Assembly (NCBI GenBank): GCA_963821395.1
Contig: CAWGDY010000030.1
Location: 134,195 to 198,194 of the forward strand
Length of the DNA stretch: 64,000 bases
Source: Vicinamibacterales bacterium
Lineage (GTDB): Bacteria; Acidobacteriota; Vicinamibacteria; Vicinamibacterales; JAMQPK01
Direction: 5' to 3'
Part shown: piece after piece, positions 17,572 through 27,035 of the stretch
Layout of the letters: each line of letters starts with the position of its first letter
How positions within the stretch are numbered: the first letter of the stretch is position 1
The notes under the pieces: generated by a model
The model's database searches: none
The model's input: the letters and a program-made list of their open reading frames with translations, nothing else
Told to the model about the DNA's origin: nothing
Made by a program: the position numbers and the translations under genes

Positions 17572-18500
17572 TACGCCTGATACGCCATCTGCTTCAGTGC
17601 CGTGATGCGGTCGGCCATGCGCGGATGAGTGGCGAGCAGATCCGGCAGGAACCCTTCACGCAGTCCCATCGCACGGCCAAGCGGATCGGCGATGCACAGA
17701 TGCGCCGTGCCGCGTTTGACGGAGAGTGTTGGCGCGGCCTCGCGATCGATCTTCTCCAGCGCGCTCGCCAGCGCGAGGGGATTACGCGTCAGCTCGGCGC
17801 CGGTGGCGTCGGCGAGAAATTCCCGGCGCCGCGATACCAGCATCGCCAGCGCCTGCGCGATGAGCGGCGCGAGCACGATCGCCACAACCCAGACGACCAG
17901 CAGAATCAGTCCGGCGGCGCCGCTGTCCTTGTCGTTGTCTCGACTGTTGCTCGAGCTGCGCGAGCCGGCGGACATGCCGCGGCTGCTCCAATCCGACAGC
18001 AGCGCAATGGTGCCGACCATGGCCGCAATGACGGTCATCAGGCGGATATCAAGGTTGCGCACATGGCTCAGCTCGTGGGCGACCACACCTTGAAGCTCGT
18101 CGCGCGTGACCTTATCGAGGAGCCCGCGCGTCACCGCGATGGAGGCGTGTTCGGGGTCGCGGCCCGTGGCAAACGCGTTGGGATCCGAATCGGGAATCAC
18201 GTACACCCTGGGCTTCGGCAGGCCCGCCGCGATGCTCATCTCCTCGACGACGTTGTCGAGCTGGCGGATTTTGTAGGTGTCGTCCGGGCTGGCCGCGCTG
18301 GAAAGGGCGCGATCGAGGGCCATCGCGCCGGTGGAGAGCAGCACCGCGCGGTCTCCGGAGTAGTAGCTGGTCAGAGCCGACACGCTGCCGATCCCGAGCG
18401 CGGCCAGACTGCCGATGGGGAACGTGAGCTCGCCTTCGCCGATGTAAAACACGTCGAAGCCGAACCCCAGAAACAAGAGAAACCCGACGAAGACAATCAT
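17571..18500 (-). CDS. M48 family zinc metalloprotease (HtpX-like)
   Basis: 309-aa ORF with HEXXH (AHELSHVRN). The conserved N-terminus (ARNLYEQQASNRRRTWAV) continues in frame upstream to about 18557, where only a CTG is available, so the start may lie near 18557. Confidence 0.85.
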   Translation of the reverse strand: MIVFVGFLLFLGFGFDVFYIGEGELTFPIGSLAALGIGSVSALTSYYSGDRAVLLSTGAMALDRALSSAASPDDTYKIRQLDNVVEEMSIAAGLPKPRVYVIPDSDPNAFATGRDPEHASIAVTRGLLDKVTRDELQGVVAHELSHVRNLDIRLMTVIAAMVGTIALLSDWSSRGMSAGSRSSSNSRDNDKDSGAAGLILLVVWVVAIVLAPLIAQALAMLVSRRREFLADATGAELTRNPLALASALEKIDREAAPTLSVKRGTAHLCIADPLGRAMGLREGFLPDLLATHPRMADRITALKQMAYQA

Positions 18501-18559
18501 GACCGCCCAGGTGCGCCGACGGTTCGACGCCTGCTGTTCGTAGAGATTCCGCGCCAGAC

Positions 18560-19120
18560 CTACTTCCTCATCGAGAGATCGACGGCGGGCACCTGCCGTT
18601 CGGTGGCATCGGTGATCTCGAACAGCTCGGACGGCTTGAAGCCCAACGCCGAGGCAAACATGTTGGAGGGAAAGGTCTGCTGGGCCGTGTTGAACGTCGT
18701 CGCGATGTCGTTGTAGAACTGCCGCGCGAAGCCGACCTTGTTCTCGGTCGAGGTCAGCTCTTCCTGCAACATCTTGACGTTTTCGTTCGCGCGCAGCGTG
18801 GGATAGTTCTCGGCCACCGCGAACAGCCGCCCAAGCGCCTGCGAGAGCTCCCCTTCCTTGCGCGCCGCATCCGCCGGACCAGTCGCCGACACGGCCCGGG
18901 CCCGGGCTTCCATCACCTGTGTCAGCGTGTCCTGCTCGAACTCCATGGCGCCGCGAACGGTGTTGACCAGATTGGGAATCAAGTCGTGCCGCCGCTTGAG
19001 CTGCACGTCAATTTGCCGCCAGCCGTTGAGCACCTGGTTGCGGAGACCGATGAGCCGGTTGTACAGGGCGATTGCCCAGACGACCACAAGTGCGACGACC
19101 GCCAGCAGAATCCACGTCAA
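18560..19120 (-). CDS. lemA: LemA family protein
   Basis: This is the 3' part of ORF 18560..19741. A TTG start at 19120 follows AGGGGG and forms a TTGA overlap with the cupin stop. One TM helix, then YNRLIGLRNQVLNGWRQIDVQLKRRHDLIPNLV. Confidence 0.85.
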   Translation of the reverse strand: MTWILLAVVALVVVWAIALYNRLIGLRNQVLNGWRQIDVQLKRRHDLIPNLVNTVRGAMEFEQDTLTQVMEARARAVSATGPADAARKEGELSQALGRLFAVAENYPTLRANENVKMLQEELTSTENKVGFARQFYNDIATTFNTAQQTFPSNMFASALGFKPSELFEITDATERQVPAVDLSMRK

Positions 19121-19464
19121 GGTGTCCCCCCTGAATCCACCCAGTCCTGCCTGACCGGGCTGAAGACGCCGAGGACGAACGTGTCGTCGAGCGCCTCGAC
19201 CTGGTGCGGAATACCGGGCTTGATATGCAACACTTCGCCTTCGCGGAGCGTGACCTCTTCGCCGGCCACGAGCAGCTTCAGCGCCCCCTGCAGCACGTAG
19301 GTCATCTGCTCGCTCTCGTGAGCATGCTGCGGCACCAGGGCACCGCGTTTCAGGTAGATTTGAGCCATGGTCTCCCGTTCTCCGGAGACGAATTTCCGGG
19401 AAACCATCTCGGTGACTTTTTCGAGAGCGATCTCGTCCCAGCGGAACAGACGATACGGTTGCAA
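19117..19464 (-). CDS. Cupin domain protein
   Basis: 115-aa ORF with cupin motifs (GALVPQHAHESEQMTYVLQG and GEVLHIKPGIPHQ). Confidence 0.8.
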   Translation of the reverse strand: MQPYRLFRWDEIALEKVTEMVSRKFVSGERETMAQIYLKRGALVPQHAHESEQMTYVLQGALKLLVAGEEVTLREGEVLHIKPGIPHQVEALDDTFVLGVFSPVRQDWVDSGGTP

Positions 19465-19555
19465 TTGTGTGGAGTTTTACCGCTTGCGTCGGCGGCCTTG
19501 GAACGCGATTATACCATTTGGCGCCGATGTATAATTCGCTGTTGGCGGAGCGCGG

Positions 19556-21687
19556 ATGAAGTCGACAGTGACAAACGGACACAAAACGCACGCCCGGGCC
19601 CGGCGCTCTCACGAAGGCCTCACCCGCGACGAACTCATCAACGCTTACCGATGGATGGTGTTGTCGAGACGCCTCGACGACAAGGAAATCCAGCTCAAGA
19701 ACCAGAGCCAGATCTTCTTTCAGATTAGCGGCGCCGGCCACGAAGCGGTCCTCGTGGCGGCGGGCATGGCCCTGAAGTCCGGCTACGACTGGTTCTTTCC
19801 GTACTATCGCGACCGCGCCCTCATGCTCATGCTGGGCTTCACGCCCTACGAGATGCTGCTCTGGCGGCCGTCGGTTCGTCCGACGATCCCTCCTCAGGCG
19901 GCAGGATGATGCCGTCGCACTGGAGCAAGCCGTCGCTGCACATCATGAACCGGTCGAGCGCGACCGGCATGCAGTGCCTGCAGGGCGCCGGCAGCGCCGA
20001 AGCGGCGAAGCGGCTGCCGAAGCTCGGCTTCGGCTCCCCGCAGGTCGAAGAGGACGAGGTCACCTACGTCTCGATCGGCGATGGCGCCACGGGCGAGGGC
20101 GAGTTCTGGGAGTTCCTCAACACGATCTGCAACGAACAGTTGCCGGTCGTCTGTGTCGTCGAAGACAACGGGTACGCGATCTCGTGCCCCGCGGAATACC
20201 ATACGGCCGGCGGCGATGTCTCGCGCCTGGTGGAATCGTTCCCGCACCTCGAGGTCATCCGCGTCGACGGCACCGATCTGGTGCAGAGCTATCGCGCGCT
20301 GTGCGAAGCCGTGGCGTATGCCCGGGCACGAAAGGGACCGGCCCTCGTTCACGCGAGGGTGATTCGGCCCTACTCGCACTCGCACTCCGACGACGAACGC
20401 AATTACAAGACGGCCGAAGAGCGCGAGCTGGAAGCCGCACGAGATCCCATCCTGGTCCTTACGAAGCTCCTTCTTTCGGAGGGGCTGGCCACCGAGAAGG
20501 AGCTTGAAGAGATTCGCAAGGAAGTCGACGCCGAGATCACCGACGCCGCCGACCGCGCCTTGAAGGCGCCGCGCCCCGCACCCGAATCCGCCGGTCTGTA
20601 TGTGTATTCCCCGGACGTGGATCCCTCATCGGATGCCTTCGACACCGCTCCATCACCGCAGGGCGATCCCGTCACGATGGTGACGGCCATCAACCGGACG
20701 CTGCACGACGAGATGCAGCGCAATCCTGTGATGGTGGTGTTCGGCCAGGACGTCGCCGACGCGAGCAAGTGCGACATCATCGACAAGGTGCCGGGCAAAG
20801 GTGGCGTGTTCAAGGCGACACACGGACTGCAGCGCGCGTTCGGCAACAATCGGGTCTTCAACTCGCCGCTGGCCGAAGCCAACATCGTGGGGCGCTCGAT
20901 CGGCATGTCCGTGCGCGGGATGAAGCCGGTCGTCGAGATCCAGTTCTTCGACTACATCTGGCCGGCCATGATGCAGATTCGGGACGAGCTCTCGATGCTG
21001 CGGTACCGCTCGGCGAATTCGTTCAAGGCGCCGGTGGTCATCCGCGTGGCTATCGGCGGATACCTGCGAGGCGGCGGCGTGTACCACAGCCAGTCTGGCG
21101 AGAGCATCTTCGCGCACTGTCCCGGCCTGCGCATTGCGTTTCCTTCGACCGCGTCCGATGCCGTGGGGCTGCTGCGCACCGCCATTCGCTGCGACGATCC
21201 GGTGATGTTCCTCGAGCACAAGCACCTGTACCGCCAGACGTACAACAAGTCCGTCTATCCGGGTCCTGACTACATGATCCCGTTCGCGCGCGCCGCCGAG
21301 CGCCGCCCCGGCAGTGACGTCGTCATCGTCACCTGGGGGGCACTGGTGCAGCGATCGCTCCTCGCCGCGCAAATGGCCGAGAAGAATGGCATCAGCGCCG
21401 GCGTCATCGATCTGCGGACGATTCAGCCGTACGACTTCGAGACGATTGCGGAAGCGGTCAAGCGCACGAGCCGCGTGATCGTGGCACACGAAGATCAGAT
21501 GACGTGCGGCTTCGGCGCCGAGATCGCCGCCAGGATTTCAGAGGATCTGTTCGAGTACCTCGACGCACCCGTCACGCGGATCGGCGCGATGGACACGCCT
21601 GTGGCGTACGCGCCGGAGCTGGAAGAAGTGATCCTGCCTCAGACCAACGACATTCTCAGAGCCATCGAGAAAGTCACCGCCTACTAG
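19556..21687 (+). pseudogene. TPP-dependent 2-oxoacid dehydrogenase E1 component, fused alpha-beta subunits, with a -1 frameshift near 19855 (or a sequencing error)
   Basis: The alpha N-terminus is ORF 19556..19909 ([30 protein letters not shown]). It continues in ORF 19906..21687, whose upstream extension reads [26 protein letters not shown] motif: [24 protein letters not shown]. The beta half carries [14 protein letters not shown]. Confidence 0.85.
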
Positions 21688-22118
21688 GCCGGCGGTTCAT
21701 TGACGACGGCCCAGAATGCGCCAAGCTGCCGTACCGCCTCGATGAAATCGCGAAAGTCGACGGGCTTGACGACGTAGGCGTTCGCTCCGAGCTTGTAGCT
21801 GCGGGCGAGGTCCTGTTCTTCGCGCGACGACGTGAGCATGACCACGGGAATCGTCTTGAGCGTGTCGTCGGCCTTGAGCGCGCTCAGCACTTCCAGACCG
21901 TCGACCTTCGGCATCTTGAGATCCAGCAGAAGGACCGCGGGGTTGCCGGCGGGCCGGTTGGCATAGCTGTTCCGGCGGAACAGATAGTCGAGCGTCTCGG
22001 CGCCGTCACGCACCACGACGACTTCGTTCGCGAGGTTCATTTCGGCGAGCGCCGCCAGCGTCAGCTCGACATCGTTCGGATTGTCTTCTGCCAGGACGAT
22101 CCGTTTCAGCTCGGTCAT
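21684..22118 (-). CDS. Stand-alone response regulator receiver (CheY-like)
   Basis: ATG at 22118 ([16 protein letters not shown]) with phospho-acceptor LLLDLKMP, then VVMLTSS and VVKP. The upstream 38 codons of the ORF lack support. Confidence 0.88.
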   Translation of the reverse strand: MTELKRIVLAEDNPNDVELTLAALAEMNLANEVVVVRDGAETLDYLFRRNSYANRPAGNPAVLLLDLKMPKVDGLEVLSALKADDTLKTIPVVMLTSSREEQDLARSYKLGANAYVVKPVDFRDFIEAVRQLGAFWAVVNEPPA

Positions 22119-22411
22119 CACGGCCGCACCCTTCCCGCCATCGCCATCAGCCAATCGTACGCCCGTTCCCTTGGAGAGCGGTTTTTGTCTGGGACGCCAT
22201 CGGAGCGGGCAGTACACTGCAGGACATAGCACATATTCCAGAACTTCGGATTATTGGATCGAATGGTTCATGCGTCACGTGACTATTCGCATGTCCGTCT
22301 TTATCCGACAACGGATAGAGATTGGTTGCATTGGCAGCGGCGCAGGTGTGCGGACGGCTATACTTACGCCGCACAGCCTCCTTTTGCGTCTGTCATGACC
22401 GCAGGCGAGAC

Positions 22412-23791
22412 ATGAAACGCGCGCCTGCCAGACGCCGGCAGACGCGGCGAGCACATCGGCCTTCCCGTGCACACGGACTCGACGCTCTGGCGCTCCGGAT
22501 GGAGGTCGCGCGGGAAGAAGAGCGTGCGCGTGTTGCACGGGAACTGCACGACGAGCTCGGCCAGGTCTTGACAAGCCTCAAGCTCGAGTTCATGTGGCTG
22601 GTCGACGAGCTGTGCAAGAGCGAGCCGAAGCCCGGCATCCAGCTCGTGAACAAGCTGCAGGCCTTGACGGGGCTCATCGAGGTGAGCATCCAGTCGGTGC
22701 GCCAGATCTCGAGCGACCTGCGCCCGGCCGTGCTCGATCACCTCGGGTTGCGCGAGGCGATTGAGTGGGAGGCCACGAAGTTCCAGGCGCGCACGGGCAT
22801 CCGCTGCCGGGTCGCGTGGGGCCTGAAGCACGAACCGGCCGATCGCACGCGTCAGCTCGCCATGTTCCGGATTCTGCAGGAGGCCCTGACCAACGTGGCT
22901 CGTCATGCGCACGCCGGCGCCGTGCAGATCGCGGTTCGCGAGCGCGGCAGAACGCTGACGTTGACGATTCGCGACAATGGTCGCGGCATCACGAGCGCCG
23001 AGCGCTCGAGCGTCGAGTCGATTGGATTGCTGGGCATGACGGAACGCGCACGGCTGCTCGGCGGCCGGCTGTCGATCGCGGGCGCACCCGGGCGTGGCAC
23101 CACCATTACGGCGAACGTTCCCAGGACACAGGAAACCGACGAAACGACGCAGCAAAACATGACTCGTATTCTTCTCGTCGACGATCACCCCATCGTGCGC
23201 CAGGGCATCAAGCAGGTGCTCTCGGGCGCATTTCATCCAGCGCTCGTGGGCGAGGCGGCCAACGCCGAAGAGGGATTGAGCGAGGTCCGCAATACCGCGT
23301 GGGATGTCCTGGTCCTCGATCTCACGCTGCCCGGCATCAGCGGCCTCGACCTGCTCAAGGATCTGCGCCGGGAGCGCCCGTCGCTTCCCGTGCTCGTGCT
23401 GAGCATGCATCCACCCGATCAGTTCGCGCGCAGGGCTATGAACGCGGGCGCGGCCGGCTATCTGACCAAGGACAGCGCCCCGACGGAGCTGGTGAAAGCC
23501 GTCAGCGAAGTGATCGCGGGCCGCCGTTACCTCAATCCCCTGGTGATCGAGGAGCTGGTCACCCACGCGCAGCCAGACTCGGAGCGCCGTCCGCACGAAG
23601 CGTTGTCCGATCGCGAGTACCAGGTCCTGCGCATGATCGCGTCGGGACTGACGGTGTCGCAGGTCGCGACGAGGCTCTCGTTGAGCGTCAAGACCATCAG
23701 CACCTATCGCGCGCGCGTGCTGGAAAAGATGAACATGCGCACGACGGCCGAGCTGATGCACTACGGTATTCAGCAGGGGTTGGTGGACTAG
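22412..23791 (+). CDS. Single-polypeptide fusion of a sensor-less HisKA_3/HATPase histidine kinase core and a NarL/LuxR-type response regulator
   Basis: One uninterrupted frame. Kinase part: H-box ARELHDELGQ, N-box LQEALTNVARHA, G-boxes IRDNGRGI and GLLGMTERA. After a 12-aa linker comes the regulator: MTRILLVDDHP, VLVLDLTLPG, LVLSMH, YLTKD and the LuxR HTH LSDREYQVLRMIASGLTVSQVA. ATG at 22412 follows AGGCGAGA. Confidence 0.8.
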   Translation: MKRAPARRRQTRRAHRPSRAHGLDALALRMEVAREEERARVARELHDELGQVLTSLKLEFMWLVDELCKSEPKPGIQLVNKLQALTGLIEVSIQSVRQISSDLRPAVLDHLGLREAIEWEATKFQARTGIRCRVAWGLKHEPADRTRQLAMFRILQEALTNVARHAHAGAVQIAVRERGRTLTLTIRDNGRGITSAERSSVESIGLLGMTERARLLGGRLSIAGAPGRGTTITANVPRTQETDETTQQNMTRILLVDDHPIVRQGIKQVLSGAFHPALVGEAANAEEGLSEVRNTAWDVLVLDLTLPGISGLDLLKDLRRERPSLPVLVLSMHPPDQFARRAMNAGAAGYLTKDSAPTELVKAVSEVIAGRRYLNPLVIEELVTHAQPDSERRPHEALSDREYQVLRMIASGLTVSQVATRLSLSVKTISTYRARVLEKMNMRTTAELMHYGIQQGLVD

Positions 23792-23796
23792 AACTA

Positions 23797-23977
23797 GGGG
23801 TTGCAGGTTCCGGTTCCTGTTCCGGTTCCGGTTCTGGTTCCAGCGTTCTGTTCTAGTTCCAGGATTCTGTTCGGGTTCCAGGATTCTGTTCGCGCGCAGG
23901 TGTGAACATGGAACTCGGAACCGAATAGGAACCTGGAACCGAACAGGAACCGGAACTGGAACAGGAACCGGAACCCC
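23797..23977. repeat. 181-nt composite palindromic element built from GGTTCC/TGTTCC hexamers
   Basis: The left arm GGGGTTGCAGGTTCCGGTTCCTGTTCCGGTTCCGGTTCTGGTTCCAG is imperfectly complementary to the right arm CCTGGAACCGAACAGGAACCGGAACTGGAACAGGAACCGGAACCCC. An internal tandem GTTCCAGGATTCTGTTCG occurs twice (23856-23873 and 23875-23892). It fills the spacer between convergent genes. Confidence 0.85.
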
Positions 23978-23983
23978 TCAGCG

Positions 23984-26900
23984 TCAGAACCCCAGTTTGA
24001 GCGCGAGCTGCACCTGCCTTGGCGGGGCCGCCTGCGTGAACTGACCGAAGGTCGGCATCGGTGCCGACGGGTACGACCCGGTGCCGAACACGTTGTTCAC
24101 CGCGATGAAGTTCGAGCGGTTGAATAGATTGAACACTTCGAAAATCCCATCGAGTGTGATGCCACCCACCGGAAAGCGCCGCGACACCCTGAGATCGACG
24201 GTCGCCTGCATCGGCAGCACGCCAGCGTTCCGGTAGATGGATGTGCCGATATCGCTCAGCGTGGCCCTGGCGCGATCGGTCGCGCCGCCATCGCCGTCAC
24301 CATTGAGATCGACGCCCGCCAGAACGTTGTAAGGCCGCCCCGATCCCATCGCGACGATGGCCGAGAGTTCCACTTCATGCGGCAGCATGTAGATGCCGCT
24401 GGCCACGAACCGGTGGCGCTGATCCTGCACCGACGGCCCTTTTTCCGAATCGGGATCGAAACCGACCGGCAGCCCGTCGGGATCGCCGGGATCCCTCCCG
24501 CGTCCGCTGTCCTGCGCGATGAACTCGCTCTGGAAATCCGTCCCGTTGTCGTCGGCCTTTGAAAGCGTGTAGCTCATCATGAGCTGATGCCGATCGGTGA
24601 ATCGCCGCGTGGCGGCAAAGGTGACGCCGCGGTACCACGTCTCGCCAAACGATGTGTATTGCAGCACCGATGCCGATGAGCCCGGAACGCCGTTCACATC
24701 CGAGGGACGCCGGTTCGTGCCCAGCGACGGCACGAGCGGGTTGTAGTCGAGCGTCGACAGTTGTTTGAAGCCGCGCACGTAGATGACGTCGGTGGAGAGC
24801 GCGATCTGTCCCGGCAGTTCGTGTTCGAAGCCCGCCGCGAGATGGTGCGCGTACGGCGTTTCGAGGCCGGGGTCGATCGAAATGACGAGGCTCGGATACG
24901 CGGTTGCCGGCTCCGGCAGCTTCCGGCCCGGCGCGTTCCACGCCCCGATCGTCGTGGGAAGCCCGCCCACCAGCGTCCGCACGCGATCGCGACCGTTGAT
25001 CCCCTTGGTGATCCCGGCGATGCCCGTCACCAGATTGTCGAAATAGATGCCGTAGGCCGCATGGACCGTCGTCGTCCGCTCGCCCGTCGGATCCCAGACG
25101 ATCCCCAGACGCGGCGCGATGTTGTTCCCATCCTTCGGGAACGTGTACGCCCCGTTGTATCCGGTGACCAGGTAACTGATTTCTGGAAACCCCTGAACCT
25201 GATAGCGCACGCCGAGCTTGGCGGTCAGCCTCGGCGTGATGCGCCAGTCGTCCTGCACGAAGAGCGAAAGATCGTTGTAGGTGTAGGGCGCTTCCGAATT
25301 GCCATAACCCTGGACGTACCGACCTGGAATACCAAGCTGCACGGCAACGATGGCCGGTACTTCGACTGGAGGGAGCCCGAGAAGCGGCGCCTGGGCGGCC
25401 GGGATGCTGCCGAAGATGTACCGCCCGCCGAAGTGCAGCGGAAGGCTCTGCTCGGTGGCGTCGATGTAGTTGAAATCGAAACCGGTCTTGAACTGGTGCG
25501 GACCGGTGAAATAGCTCAGCGTGTCGAGAACCTGGTAGCGGACGTTCCTGCGCGGCTGTGGCGTGAACCGCTGTCGCCCCACGCTCGCCACACCGAGCAC
25601 TTCGAGCGTCGGCCCACCCTGGCTTTCGAGCGTGCATGCCCCGCCGCATCGTGGATCGAGCGAGTCCACGGTCTGATCGCGCCCGGCGATCTGAAAACGG
25701 CTCTCGTTCACGATCCGCGCCGAGCGCACCCAGAGGTGCGACGCCGCGAACATGAGGTCGCTGCTGTTGAGCACGGCGCCGCGGCTGCGCGCCACGTTGC
25801 CGCCGAAGGGCTCGATGTTCTCGTTGAAGTCGTCCGCCCAGTTGACCCGCGCGACCAGCGAGTGGTTCGGTTTCAGTTGATGATCGATCTTGCCGAGGAT
25901 CTGGCTCGAGCGGATGTCGTACGGCACGTGGCCCGTCTCGACGGCGAAGCCGGCCCGCCGGAGGATCGCGGCCGGTGTCCCGAAGTTCTGCCCGAGAAAC
26001 GCCACGTTGTTCGTGTCGTCGATGGTCACGAAATTGTTCGCGCCGATGTCGAGCCGCTCGAACGACGCGAAGAAGAACGTCCGGTCGCGTTTGATGGGGC
26101 CGCCGGCTGTCGCGCCGTATTGCTTCTGCGAGTAGGGCGCCTTCTCGCGATCGATCGGTTGACCGGCCGGATCGAACCGCTCGAAGTGCTCCTTCGAGTT
26201 CAGCGCATCATCTCTGAAGTAGAAGAACACGTTGCCGTCGAACGCATTCGTGCCGCTCCTGGTCACGATGTTCACGACGCCGCCCGAGGCTTTGCCGAAC
26301 TCGGCCGAAAACGAGTTGGTCAGCACCTGGAACTCCCGGACCGCTTCCTGGCTGAACGTCGCACGCACGGCGCCGATAATCGAGTCGTTGTTGTCGAGCC
26401 CGTCCACGGTGATGTTGTTCGAGCGCGCGCGCTGGCCGGCAAACGAGAGGCCCGAGGTGCCCGATGCGCCCTGCTGCGGCGTTCGATCGGAAGCCACTCC
26501 CGGCGTCAGCAGCGAGAAGCCGATGAAATTGCGGCCGTTGATCGGAAGCCGGTCGATCTGATCCTGAGCGATGACGCTCGAGACCGCCGTTCGCTGCGTA
26601 TCGATGACGGGCGCGTCCACTGAGACGTCCACCGTTTCCTGGCCGCCCGCGACGTTCAACGTCAGGCGTACGTCGATCAGGCTCCCCAGCGCGAGCACGA
26701 CGCGCTCGAGGGTTCGCGGCGAAAACCCCTGCAACTCGGCCCGAACGTCGTACCTGCCGGGCGGCAGCGCCGGAATCATGAACTGGCCGCGCTCGTCGGT
26801 GATGGCGCTTCGAACGTGGTTGGTGTCGACGTTCTGCGCCGTGACCGTGGCTCCGGGCAGCACCGCGGACGACTGATCGACGACCGTCCCTGACAAATCT

Positions 26901-26986
26901 GCCGTCGTCGCGCGCGTCTGCCCCGCCGCGGCCGAGGTGACGGCCAGACAACACGCAGCCAGCATGGACGTCAGCGGCCGTGTCAT
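23984..26986 (-). CDS. TonB-dependent outer-membrane receptor with an N-terminal carboxypeptidase-regulatory-like domain
   Basis: ATG at 26986 follows GGAGG. Signal peptide MTRPLTSMLAACCLAVTSAAAG. CarboxypepD_reg-like stretch GTVVDQSSAVLPGATVTAQNVDTN..RGQFMIPALPPGRYDV. A long beta-barrel follows, ending in a terminal Phe (ALKLGF). Confidence 0.85.
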   Translation of the reverse strand: MTRPLTSMLAACCLAVTSAAAGQTRATTADLSGTVVDQSSAVLPGATVTAQNVDTNHVRSAITDERGQFMIPALPPGRYDVRAELQGFSPRTLERVVLALGSLIDVRLTLNVAGGQETVDVSVDAPVIDTQRTAVSSVIAQDQIDRLPINGRNFIGFSLLTPGVASDRTPQQGASGTSGLSFAGQRARSNNITVDGLDNNDSIIGAVRATFSQEAVREFQVLTNSFSAEFGKASGGVVNIVTRSGTNAFDGNVFFYFRDDALNSKEHFERFDPAGQPIDREKAPYSQKQYGATAGGPIKRDRTFFFASFERLDIGANNFVTIDDTNNVAFLGQNFGTPAAILRRAGFAVETGHVPYDIRSSQILGKIDHQLKPNHSLVARVNWADDFNENIEPFGGNVARSRGAVLNSSDLMFAASHLWVRSARIVNESRFQIAGRDQTVDSLDPRCGGACTLESQGGPTLEVLGVASVGRQRFTPQPRRNVRYQVLDTLSYFTGPHQFKTGFDFNYIDATEQSLPLHFGGRYIFGSIPAAQAPLLGLPPVEVPAIVAVQLGIPGRYVQGYGNSEAPYTYNDLSLFVQDDWRITPRLTAKLGVRYQVQGFPEISYLVTGYNGAYTFPKDGNNIAPRLGIVWDPTGERTTTVHAAYGIYFDNLVTGIAGITKGINGRDRVRTLVGGLPTTIGAWNAPGRKLPEPATAYPSLVISIDPGLETPYAHHLAAGFEHELPGQIALSTDVIYVRGFKQLSTLDYNPLVPSLGTNRRPSDVNGVPGSSASVLQYTSFGETWYRGVTFAATRRFTDRHQLMMSYTLSKADDNGTDFQSEFIAQDSGRGRDPGDPDGLPVGFDPDSEKGPSVQDQRHRFVASGIYMLPHEVELSAIVAMGSGRPYNVLAGVDLNGDGDGGATDRARATLSDIGTSIYRNAGVLPMQATVDLRVSRRFPVGGITLDGIFEVFNLFNRSNFIAVNNVFGTGSYPSAPMPTFGQFTQAAPPRQVQLALKLGF

Positions 26987-27035
26987 CGGGGCCTCCAGGT
27001 TGAAGAGGGGAAGTGACGAGAGTGTAACATGGCGA

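Noticed and set aside
19530-19535. TATAAT hexamer 20 nt upstream of the E1 gene start, considered as a promoter -10 box.
   Set aside because: No acceptable -35 element lies at 16-18 nt spacing, so it was too weak to report as a feature.
22300-22316. Palindrome TATCCGacaaCGGATA in the receiver / kinase-regulator spacer, considered as a NarL-type operator.
   Set aside because: It is a single 6-bp half-site pair with no known consensus match. It is mentioned only as context in the fusion finding.
23797-23977. Possible CRISPR array (regularly spaced short repeats).
   Set aside because: The units are only 6 nt, are contiguous with no unique spacers, form a palindrome, and no cas genes are present.
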